This document shows, piece by piece, positions 13,120 through 23,600 of a DNA stretch of 64,000 nt; position 1 is the first letter of the stretch, and each line of letters opens with the position of its first letter. This stretch comes from Podarcis vaucheri. Its lineage: Eukaryota. Below the pieces are notes generated by a model. It was not told the DNA's origin. It was given only the letters and a program-made list of their open reading frames with translations, and ran no database searches. Made by a program: the position numbers and the translations under genes. The stretch lies in NCBI GenBank assembly GCA_965113315.1, contig OZ220372.1; one strand, given 5' to 3'.

Positions 13120-13300
13120 GAACCAGCCCAGAGGTGGTCACAGTGGTAGTGGGGAGAGAGGAGAAAGAGAGCAGCCCAAAATGAGACAGCCACTTTTTCA
13201 AAGGATTCAGAGGCTGACTTCTGGCAGAGACAGGACCCCAGAGGTGGTGGCAGTGGTGGTGGGGAGAAAGAAGAAAGAGAGCAGCCCAGAATGAGACAGG
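13120..13300. repeat. Imperfect tandem duplication (~62-bp core, ~110-bp period)
   Basis: ccagaggtggtcacagtggtagtggggagagaggagaaagagagcagcccaaaatgagacag versus ccagaggtggtggcagtggtggtggggagaaagaagaaagagagcagcccagaatgagacag. Confidence 0.85.
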
Positions 13301-13496
13301 AACTCAGAAGCCAGACTCTCCTGCCCACATTGAGTCGCTAGCCAGGAAAGCCCTACAGCCCTGGCGCCATGGGGGGCTGGTCCATGAACCAGCAAGCACA
13401 GCCTGCCCTTAGCAGCCCCATGCCTGTCTGCCCCCTTGCTCACAACCGGTCCAGAAGGTGGCCTGGCTGGCCAGCTGGCTTCTCCTCCTCCTCTTC

Positions 13497-14260
13497 CCCA
13501 GCCTCAGGGTTGCCCTTGTGCAGCTCAGCAGGGCTTCCCTTCTGTTCTGTCTGCTACCTACCTCATTCAATGAGTCCCAAAACAAATCCAGGGAGGACAG
13601 GGAACTCAGGGAGCTGATGGAGCTGGACGGGGTAATTTTTGCACCTGTGAGGAAAAGATGCAAAAGATGAGCAATTTGCACAAAAGCCTTTCCAGGAAAT
13701 CAAAACTTGGGGCACAGGCTTGTATCTGAGTAGAAATGCATGAGCACAAATAACTGTGACCCATGACTCTGAATGGGTCCCTCTCCAGCCTCAGGGTTGC
13801 CCTTGTGCAGCTCAGCAGGAGTTCCCTCCTGCTCTGCTACGTACCTCATTCAGTGAGTCCCAAAGCAAATCAAGGGAGGACACAGAGGACAGGCTGCTGA
13901 GGGAGCTGAATGGGGACAGATTTGGAACCTGCAAGGGAAAGATGCAAAAGACGAGGAATTAAAAAACACAACCAAACATTAAAACTCAAGGCACCTATAA
14001 CTGAAACAACAGTTCTATTCTGCGGTTGATATGCCCCCCTCCCCTTCTGCCAATCACCGCTTAGGCCGCTGCCACCTACCCAGTCAGGACTGAGTAAATC
14101 CAGACGCGGTCTCGGGGTCTAGACAACGTGGTCTCACTCTGTCCACCACCTGCCTCCTTAGGGGAGTCCCAAAAATTATCACTTTCTCCAGCTTCGTGGG
14201 AAGTCAGCAAGCTCTCCGATCCAATTTTGGAAAACTACGGAGGAAGAAGGGGAAGCTCTT
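13497..14260 (-). repeat. Three diverged copies of an exon-like module (acceptor, 81-84 nt, WDSxxE, donor)
   Basis: Copies at 13562-13644, 13845-13928 and 14154-14234. The first two also share flanking intron-like sequence (cttttgcatcttt upstream; ctgctgagctgcacaagggcaaccctgaggctgg downstream). Confidence 0.7.
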
Positions 14261-14845
14261 TCAGTTGCGCTGGGAGGAGGAGCGAGAATGTGTGGCATCA
14301 GCCATGCAGGCAGGTCTCTGCCCCAAGGAAGCTACAGTCGGAGTCGCTCTCGTAGGCTTCGTAGTTGAAGCTCGGGGCTGTCCGAGCCGACGTCTCTCTG
14401 GGGAGCAAGGATTTTCTTCCAGCTTGGGGTCCCCCAGTACACAACGTCAGAGTCCCCGATATCCAACTGGCTCGTTGAAACGCTGATACGGCTGCCGCAA
14501 AGCATTGTTGGCTTAATCATGTGTCCCCGCCCCCAATCTCTTACCTCCGCCTCCCCGCCCCCCCTTCCTCTGGCACTGCAACAGAATAAAAGAAGGACTT
14601 AATGGAGAAGCAAGATCTGTTGGGACGTGGATGCTCAGCTCAGGTTGTACTTATGCAAATCAAACCATGCCTCCTGAAGACACCACGGTCTCCACTGTCC
14701 TTCATTCCAAGGAAACTGAACCTGTGTCAGCACCTAAAACCCTAGGAGATCCCCATCTCTGCACCCTGGCACATCCACATCTCTGCATTTATTTGTGGAT
14801 TTATTTGACTTTATAAGTAAAAACTTGTAAGTTCTCAGTCCTCCT

Positions 14846-15093
14846 GAGAGCCAGTGTGGTGTAGTGGTTAAGAGCGGTGGACTCATAATCTAGTGAACAG
14901 GGTTCGCTTCCCCGCTCCTCCACATGCAGCTGCTGGGTGACCCTGGGCTAGTCACAGTTCTCTGAAGTCTCTCAGCCTCACTCACCTCACAGAATGTTTG
15001 TTGTGGGGGGAGGAAGGGAAAGGAGATTGTGAGCCACTTTAAGACTCCTCAGGGTAGTGTTAAAGTGAGATATCAAATCCAAACACTTCTTCT
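14846..15093 (+). mobile_element. tRNA-derived SINE with CORE-like body and L2-like tail
   Basis: A-box-like tggtgtagtgg, B-box-like ggttcgcttccc, then gctgggtgaccctgggctagtcac...cacctcacag...ttgttgtg and a (ctt)n end. Confidence 0.75.
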
Positions 15094-15510
15094 ATGTTAA
15101 TTATATAATCAGGAGCCTTCAGCTGGGCAGTATCTTAGAGCTGCACCTAAGAGCACAGATGTTGGCATTAGAGGCTCTCAGGTGTGTCTATCAAGATGAT
15201 GAAAATTTATTTTTACCCCAGCCACTATGGGCAGCTTCCAACAAACTATAAAGGAACAAAACAAAACATCAGACATTAAAAGCTTTCCAAAACAGGGCTG
15301 CCTTCATATGTCTATGGAAGACCAGCTTACTTTTGCCTTTTAATCTCCAAAGGTTCTACATCCATCTTGTGAGTTTGGGGTCTGAGATAACATTGTAAGA
15401 TTTATCCCTCTCTGCCTTGTCTATAACACCCTCCAGTTTGTCCTGCCTCTGAATATTTTTAGTATTTGGCAGCCGACAGCGAATGGGCAGTTGGGTTGAG
15501 CTCCTGCTTG

Positions 15511-15895
15511 GAATCCTAGAACTGTAGAATTGGAAGGAACCCTGAGAGTCATCTAGTCCAATGCTCTGCAATACAGGACTCAACTAGATCATATGTGACA
15601 GATGGCCATCCAACCTCTGCTTAAAAACCTCCAAGGAAGGAGAACCCACCACTTAGTGTGGGAGTCTGTTCTATCGTTGAAGAGCTCTTACTGTCAGAAA
15701 GTTATTCCTTCTGATGTGTAATTGGAATCACCTTTCTTTTACCTTGAATCCATTGGTTTGGATCCTGGCCTCCAGAGCAGGAGAAAACAAGCTTCCATGT
15801 GACAGCCTTTTAGATTTTTGAAGATGCCTATTATATCTCCTCTCAGTCTTCTCTTTACCAGCTTAAACATACCCAATTCCTCAACCATTCCTCAT
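15511..15895 (-). mobile_element. CR1 LINE 3' fragment
   Basis: CR1 terminus (gaatcctagaactgtagaattggaagg...gtcatctagtcca) followed by ccatccaacctctgcttaaaaacctccaaggaagga. Confidence 0.8.
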
Positions 15896-16003
15896 GCACC
15901 TTTTATTGATAATAGTTGGGGAACAGATCACATACTAACAGCGGACAAATAGGAGAAATGCAGAAGTAGCCAATGTGCCCTGCCTATTTATTTGGACTAC
16001 TCC

Positions 16004-16397
16004 CATCATAAAGAAGGCTAATTGCCGAAGAATTGATGCTTTTGAATCATGGTGCTGGAGGAGACTCTTGAGAGTCCCATGGACTGCAAGAAGATCAAAC
16101 CTATCCATTCTGAAGGAAATCAGCCCTGAGTGCTCACTGGAAGGACAGATCCTGAAGCTGAGGCTCCAATACTTTGGCCACCTCATGAGAAGAGAAGACT
16201 CCCTGGAAAAGACCCTGATGTTGGGAAAGATTGAGGGCACAAGGAGAAGGTGATGACAGAGGATGAGATGGTGGGACAGTGTTCTCAAAGCTACCAACAT
16301 GAGTTTGACCAAACTGCTGGAGGCAGTGGAAGACAGGAATGCCTGGCGTGCTCTGGTCCATGGGGTCACGAAGAGTCGGGCACGACTAAACAACAAC
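16004..16397 (+). mobile_element. BovB (RTE) LINE, 5'-truncated 3' end
   Basis: Encodes IKKANCRRIDAFESWCWRRLLRVPWTARRSNLSILKEISPECSLEGQILKLRLQYFGHLMRREDSLEKTLMLGKIEG; (CAA)n tail; flanked by ACTCCC at 15998-16003 and 16398-16403. Confidence 0.92.
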
Positions 16398-17828
16398 ACT
16401 CCCTTCATTTTTGATTACTTTCCATGCTGGCTGGGCTGATGGAGGGTGTCCCAATCTAAATCTTTATTACCGAGCCCCATTAAAATTTCCCTAGGCTGGT
16501 TACAAACATAGAAAGAGGAATATCATATTCTGTCATGAGGAAAATTGCCAAGAGAAACAAAAATGTTCCAAGCAGTCATTCAGGACCATATAAACGAAGT
16601 CTGGCACTTGGGAGCAATGCAACATGAAAGTCCTCAAAGAAAACGTTGCCTGACTCACTAAGGAACCACGAAGAGTCTTTGGCTCATATTTTAATAGCTG
16701 GGAAGGGATTCCTAACTTGGTACTGCGATGTCTGAAAAGTTAAGTGTTTGCGTTATTCATCCTTTGAGAAAGAAAAGTAGAGCTCTTGGGCACCACAACT
16801 AACAAGTCTTTTTAGGGGGTGCGGAGAGGGGAACCAGAAATGGTATGAAAGAGAACCAGGTGTTGCTCATGTTGGGGTAGCCATAAAATGGGGTTACTGC
16901 TAGGTAAAGAACAGCTTCAAAGACATAGCGTTTGAGGCTTGAGGCCATTCATACAGCATCTGAGAATGCTTAAGATGTATTTATCTTGCTAATAATCTTT
17001 ACCATAGTAGTAGTAGTAAAACATGAAAGAGCCCAGGTTTGTCACAATTTGTACACACATCAGAAGTGTATCTGCATGGTATATATGCTTACTGATAAGG
17101 AAATAGATTTGAAGTTACTTTGATTTATTGATATAATACTTTTCAGTCTAAATACTCCCAAAGCAATGAACATTAATAAAAAAGAAATTGTATGTATTTT
17201 GAAAAGTTTTTTGTTTGCTATGCATCTGGATCTTAAGATATTTCAACCAAATTTTGCATGATGGTTCCTGATATCAAGGAGTAGGTTTTCGATATTTGGA
17301 TACAGTTAGATGCCATTATGAAGCAAGATGCCAGCGGGAACCTTTCAAAACTGCACTGCTTATAACCACTGGCTTTGTCTGTTTCTTCGAATTTCAAAAC
17401 AACACTGGGTATGTGGTCATAAATACACTATAAAATAACAAAATACCAATGAATGGGATTGGATTTAGAAAAACAACAACCCTGCAGCAACAAATGGGGG
17501 GGGGGAATCCATCACCTAATATGTACAGACTGTCCTCCTGCCTGTTGTAGTAAACAAGTGTAATGCACTGTGTTAGATGCTTTATGACTTCTAATTATAT
17601 TTTTACATATATGCCATAAACCACCTGAATGAAACCCGTAGACCACTGGCAGTCCACAGTCTGAAAGCCTCTGAACTAAAATTAATCTTAAACTACAGCA
17701 AAGAAATGGAACTGAACTTTTAGCTAGGTTCTCTGTTGAAATTGCAGGTAGTAAAGGAACTGATATTTTTATTTTTTTGTAAATTAAAACTCAGATTCGT
17801 GTATCTAAGAATGGACTTGTATAACTAT

Positions 17829-17858
17829 ACTCTCTCTCTCTCTCTCTTACTTACTTAC

Positions 17859-17892
<34 letters not shown>
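17829..17892. repeat. Compound (CT)n(TTAC)n(AC)n microsatellite
   Basis: Seen directly. Confidence 0.9.
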
Positions 17893-17894
<2 letters not shown>

Positions 17895-20800
17895 TCACTT
17901 CATGGCTCAGAGATTGGGATGGCAGCAAATGACTCTTGTAGGGACAAGCTTCCAGGTTCTTCTTAGAGGTTTCAAATACCCCTGACAGATCAAACAGAGA
18001 TTTTTGGCAGACCCACAGCCAAAAGGTAAGGAATGAAGATCATTCAGATAAACAGCTAGGTTGACAGCCCAGGGGTTAGAGGGCCTCCATGTGGAAATCC
18101 CCTCCCGAAGGAGAAGAGCTGGAGTCCCACAGCAGTGCCAATGATTACACACACACATGAACATGATGTGCTTATAAAAATGGTGTCTATGGAAGAGGCG
18201 CAAACATTTTGCAAGGAAGGAGTAGAGAGGGGACACAGTGAAGAAGGGAGAAGGCATACCATGACAGCAAACACCTAGTGAGCTGGTTGAAGCAATGGAA
18301 TGGGAAACAGAAGTGGGCCTGAGACAATGTTGTTTTCCATATTTGGACCAGACTTGGTTACTCACTGGTGTTTTTGGGACAAACTAAAATGTCAGCTGCA
18401 GCATCTGAGGCGTAGAGAGCAGCAGAAGGGGTGCTCCAGGAGGCTGAGGCCAGGCAACGGCCCCAGCCCACCTCCCTAGCTGGTCAAGTGTGGTTCCCTA
18501 GCTCTGGGATGAGGTGTGTGATTTCTCATCTGGATTAGGCTTGGGGCAGGTGAGGATCACATTCCTTATCAAGCCCAGATGCTGCAATCAGCAGGCAAAA
18601 TGCAAAAGGGAAGCAGAGCTGAGGCGCTGGGTCTGCTCAACTGCCCATATTAGTGGACCTTGGCTGGGATGCTCCTCGACCTCTACAGGGCTGTGCTTTG
18701 GGCTTGACTCTGCACTGTATCCTGACTGCTGGACTCTGGACTTTGGTTGTGTGGCTTGACCCCTGGTCTTTGAACTTTGGACTTGACATACTGACTTGCC
18801 GCCAGGTCACTTCCTCTGTTTAACCATTTGTACAATCCTGGATTCTTCCTCTGGCTCTCCTACCAGAAATCAGAGCCAAGCACTCCTTAGGTGTTGTGGG
18901 CAGGTTCTTCTCTCATCATTTTAAGCCTAAACCAAGTGATTTCACTACCCCAAAAAGTCTTTAGTCACCAAACCACTATGCCTTCATCTCAGGTCTTCTT
19001 CCTTCTTCCTCAGTCTTCTTCCTCTTACTGTCTTACATCCTTTTACTGTCTTTCTACCCAAAACACCTACCAACAACAAACAGACACTCTCCAAACAACA
19101 TGGACTGACCGTGACTGACTAGTTCCATCAAATATTCACTTTTTCTGACTTTAGTCAAGCCCCAACCAATCACACAATCTAACTGAAAATTCTAAATCTG
19201 GTCGTGGTGACCAATCAAAATATGGATACTTTCTATCCTTCTTTGGTATAATGAGAGTTCTATCTCCAACCCATCCTCAGCTGTCAGTTAAGGTCTCCCA
19301 GAGACAGTTAAGCGAACATCTACCTGACCAGACAGAATAATTTCCCCATCAAATACACTGCAATTAGAATACTACTGACAAAATGTATTACACAATAGCC
19401 ATTAAAACCCAATTTTTAAAATTTTGCTGAAAATTGCGTCTTCAATGACTGCTGTTTACTACTGAACATGCAATCTGCAGAAAAGATCACCTTGTGGTGC
19501 AAATAATTTTGTGTGGGTGATTTCAAGCAGTAAATTGGAACAAGCCCCAATCTAGATTGAGAGCACATTCTGGATCAGAGCCACAAGGCTGCTTTTTTCT
19601 TCAAAATGAAAGTGGCTAGATTAAGTGGTCTTTTTAAAGAAAGCGTTCATATCACATGTTGTTCGACCCTATGTTTACATGGAAAAAGGAAAACAAGACC
19701 CTGGGTTCCTACAGAAAAAAATATCAACTTTGATTTAAATAAACAGCTTTTAGTTTTTTTCTACAATCAAGTGGTATATAGTGGTTTTTTTAAAAAAATA
19801 AAAAAATATTTTTCTTGAAAAACCAGTCTAGTGCTGCTGTCTTTTACTTTGAAGTACTCTGGCCAAAGTCTCTGTAAATTGGGTGCCACTTCTGAGTACT
19901 CACACCTTCAAAAATTCACATTGTAAGACAAACAGTCTGCCTAATATTTCACACAAAACTACAACTGATAATTAAATATGTGGAATGGGCAGTTTGAATG
20001 AAAAAGGTCACAGCCAACACATTTCCTGCCTCAGGGAGTACAGGCATCAAAGCCTGATGGCATAATGAGGAACACAGAAAAATTCTGCCAAAGCTAAATG
20101 TGATTGCCAAAGATATGTAATTTCAAGCAAAGCTGTATATGGCAAGTTGTATTACTCATGCATCTCATGGGGTTGCAAACTGACTCTAACCACTCAGGAA
20201 GTAGACAAATGTCATTGTGGTTGCTCATCAAACCCTGCATAAAATCTGAACTTCAACAAAAAAGAAAAAAATATATACTGGGGGAAAATTAAGCCATTTG
20301 AAAACAGGCCATTTTCTTGTTTACTACAAATTAATCATCTGGAATCACCAGGTTAAGGAGGCTCTTTGACAGTTATATTTGCCATTACACCTTTGGGACA
20401 GGAAAATGGAGATCTTACAACAGTGACTGTGAATTGTGCTTTTGTAACTGTACCTGGCATAGATGTTATTGAATTTCTGCATTTTAAAAATACCAAAATA
20501 TTTCCTTTGAAAAAAAATATATCCAGCAAAAGTAATATAGCATGTTTTTCTTCAAGGTTGCATCTGTCTGTAAGAATTATACTTTCACCTATTAATGATA
20601 AGACAAATGGCATAGACTTAAAAGCAGCATGTTTCAAACTTGCTCCCCCCCCCCAGACGATGCTTTTACTGCAATTTTTGCACAGGTGTTATTCTGCTGT
20701 TGCATAAGATCCAAGTCACATGCAGCTTGTGCCCATAGTTCTAGCCCCGTCGCTGTAGGATCAGAAGCACCCAGGGACATGAACTTGGAGACAAGATCTG

Positions 20801-21601
20801 GACAAGGTGAGGGCAACTGAAAGATCTCAAGAGCAAGCAGTGTTTGTCAGCTCTGTCCAGGAATCTGATGCAAAGGAGAAGTGGGACAAAGGCAGAAGCA
20901 ATGAGAGAAGGTAAGAAGAGACAAAGGTGAGAGAATTAGGCTCCGCTTTCACAGCATATGACAGCATGGCTAGAGGGGCAGCACAGCTAAGCTGTTTAGG
21001 AAAAGGGCTACAGGTAGTCCTGGAATGAGAAGCCCGTTGCTTGCCATCCATCATCCACTCTGTGCTGCTATTACAACAATGCCAGAATGGGAAACTAATG
21101 GCAAATATTTCCCCAAGGGCCTCTATCAACCATGGTTCACCACAAGCAGATCTCAATTTTTGAACATGGTGCACACTTCCCTTTTGCTCTTTATGTGCAT
21201 GTGGAATTCTCTTCCCCTGGGCTTAGCTCCCAATGTTGGAGTGCAAACAAGGGTGGGAGGAGTTGTAAATAAATAATAGTGGGAGTGTCTTTGGGCATAT
21301 GCAAAGTGCAACCCTAATCATGTCTGCTTGTAAGTAAATCCCACTGAGTTCCTTGTTTAAGAGTGTTTAGGAAGCACTGCAGCCTTAGTCTGTACAAACC
21401 TGGGTTTAGGATTAAAACTTCAGCAGTGGAACCCTGCCTCCTTTTAGAAAATATGTGGAAGCACCTACTGTTATATCTAAATAAATACCCAAAGGAGCAT
21501 CTTTTCCTATATCAGCTTGCCTGTGCCTTAGTATCTGTGGAGGCAGCTTCACTGCAGGGTGGGGGGGACTTTTTTCAGTCTGAGGGCCACATTCCCTAGG
21601 G

Positions 21602-21668
21602 CAGGAATTTCCAAACTTGGGTCTCCCAACTGTTTTTGGACTACAATTCCCATCACCTCTGAACCAGG
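21602..21668. mobile_element. hAT MITE half (family related to 48965-49100)
   Basis: ccaaacttgggtctccca...tttttggactacaattcccatca. Confidence 0.55.
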
Positions 21669-22179
21669 AGTAGGGGCATATCCCAGCGTTGGGCAGGGCC
21701 AGAGGCAGAAGCGGCTGGAGCAATGAAAGTAAATCTTACCTTTGTACACTGGGCTAAGTTTCGACACACACTCGTGCAAAGGCCAATTTCAGCTAGGCAA
21801 AACCAACAAGGATGGTACAAAGCAAGAGTCAGTGAGCAACGTGGCCTGGAGAGTCTTACCAAGGTCTGGATAGACAGGGGTGGGCCTGGGGCTCCTCACT
21901 CCTGTATCCACACTCCAGTTAGGGGACACTTACTCCATGGTGCTGCAGGAGTGTTTTCTCCATGATGGCACCCAATTTGTGGAACAAACACAGCTGATAT
22001 TTTGTGGAACAACCACAGGAGCTGATATTTAAGCGCCATGTTAAAGCTGACTTATTTTCACAGGCGTTTTAAGTGCTTTCTTCTTTCTTTCTTTTTAGTG
22101 GGCGACGGTTTGCTTTGCCTTTCAGTCGCTGTTTGTTTGTGTTTATCCTGAGGGCTTCGCTTTATGGTTTCGTTACATT

Positions 22180-23600
22180 GGGGTCGCGCGTAATTTATTT
22201 CGTCTCCCGGGCCTCATCCCTGATGAAATAAACACAGAGCCTCTCTTTCAAACAGAGCCCCGCCGCCAACCTCAACAGGGGCGGCAGCAGCAGCAGCAGC
22301 GGGCCTGGAAAGAAGGAAGGCCGCCTTTCTAAACGAGGCAGCTCGTTTAACAAAATTTCCTAGCGCGGGGCTCCTTGTCAAGCAGCTGGGAATAAATCCA
22401 CAAACGGTTGTTTCAGTGAGCAGAGGAAACGAGCTCGGGCACTTCAGCACCTGGGGGCCACCCGAAAGCCGAGCCTCGCCTGGCGTTTATTACTGGGGGG
22501 CCCCTTTCCTCCCTTCCCTCCGGGTCTGAGGGAAAACCGACTTCCTCAAGCAAAGCCCTCCCTTCTCCCGCCCAGGCAAGAGGCCTTCAAACGTCCGAGC
22601 CCTCCAGGACCTCTCCCAGGCCCCGCCCTTTCTTAAAGCCGTGGCCCCGCCCACCTCATCCCATTCCCGAAGATTGCCGAGCGGGGGAGAGAGGAGGAAA
22701 GGGGAGGGGGTCGCTCCGAGTCGCGTCCTCGCTCCCATACGGCGTTTCCGAAAATTACCGAGGGGCTTCGGCCTCTCCTTTCTCCTCTCTCCCCACTCTA
22801 CGTCTCCGGCGGAGACGGCTCTTGCTGCTGCGTCTGCCGCCAGCACCGCTTCGCGCGTCGGTGCGCCGCCTTCTCTCTCGGTTCTGTTCGGCGCTGCCCG
22901 GCGGGCCCGAGTCGGCGCCGTCGCCGCGCTCTTTGGGCATAGCCTCGGTCTCCCGCTCGCGGGCTCCGGAGAGGCGCCGGTCCCGCGCGCCCCCTTCACC
23001 TACTCCTCGTCTCCCGCTGGTCCTGGCCGGACCGGGCTGGCTGGGCCTTCAGCAGCGCCGCTCCAGCTCCAGCTGCTGCTGCCGGGCTCTTTCGAGGGGG
23101 CGAGGACGGCTGCGCTTCCCGCTTGGGCGGCCGGGGGTCCGGCTCGGATGGCGGACGGCGGCGCCCAGCACCAGCAGCTCGTGCCCGGCGTCCCAGCCCC
23201 GCGAGGGATCAAGCGGGAACCCGAACTGGAGCAGCCCATGCCCGGAGGCGACGGAGCCGACAGCGGCCTCAGTAAGAGGCTGCGGACCGAGGCGGAGGCG
23301 GACGGAGGAGGCATGCAGGTTAGCAGGGAAGGAGGAGGAGGCGGCGGTGGCGCCACCCTGGACGACCGCCTTACCCCCCCCCCCCCTTGTGGCCTTGAGG
23401 GGCGCGCTCGCTCTCGCCCGGGCGCGGGTGCGTTTGTGCGCGCGCGCACGGGTCTCTCTGCGCGTGAGACTGGAGGGTATCCTGTCCCTCGCTCCCACAG
23501 GAGTCTGGGGGAAGAGCGCCGCTTTGGGAGGATGCTGGCCCCGTTGACCCCCCCCCCCTCGTCGGGCCGGTGTTAGGATCCTAGGCATAGCGGGGTAGGT
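22180..23600. promoter_or_regulatory. RBFOX2: CpG island promoter of RBFOX2 (distal first exon)
   Basis: Very high GC and CpG density compared with the rest of the window; GC box ccccgccc at 22621 and 22645. Confidence 0.9.
23148..23318 (+). CDS. RBFOX2: RBFOX2 exon 1 coding part, MADGGAQHQQLVPGVPAPRGIKREPELEQPMPGGDGADSGLSKRLRTEAEADGGGMQ
   Basis: Matches the long N-terminus of human RBFOX2 (MAEGAQ...RGMKRESELE...GADPGLSKRPRTEE...GGGMQ); donor CAG|gttagc; MYH9-RBFOX2 synteny. Confidence 0.92.

Noticed and set aside
15935-16408. 157-aa minus ORF and 92-aa plus ORF as host genes
   Set aside because: Both lie within the BovB fragment.
17900-19340. Possible solo LTR(s), including TGTCA...TGACA at 18390-18788
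   Set aside because: The composition is LTR-like, but I found no matching TSD, PBS or PPT; it needs a repeat-library search.
21860-21865. 6-nt minus-strand microexon between two 67-68 nt introns
   Set aside because: The flanking introns would be at the minimal size; alternative donor usage is the simpler explanation.
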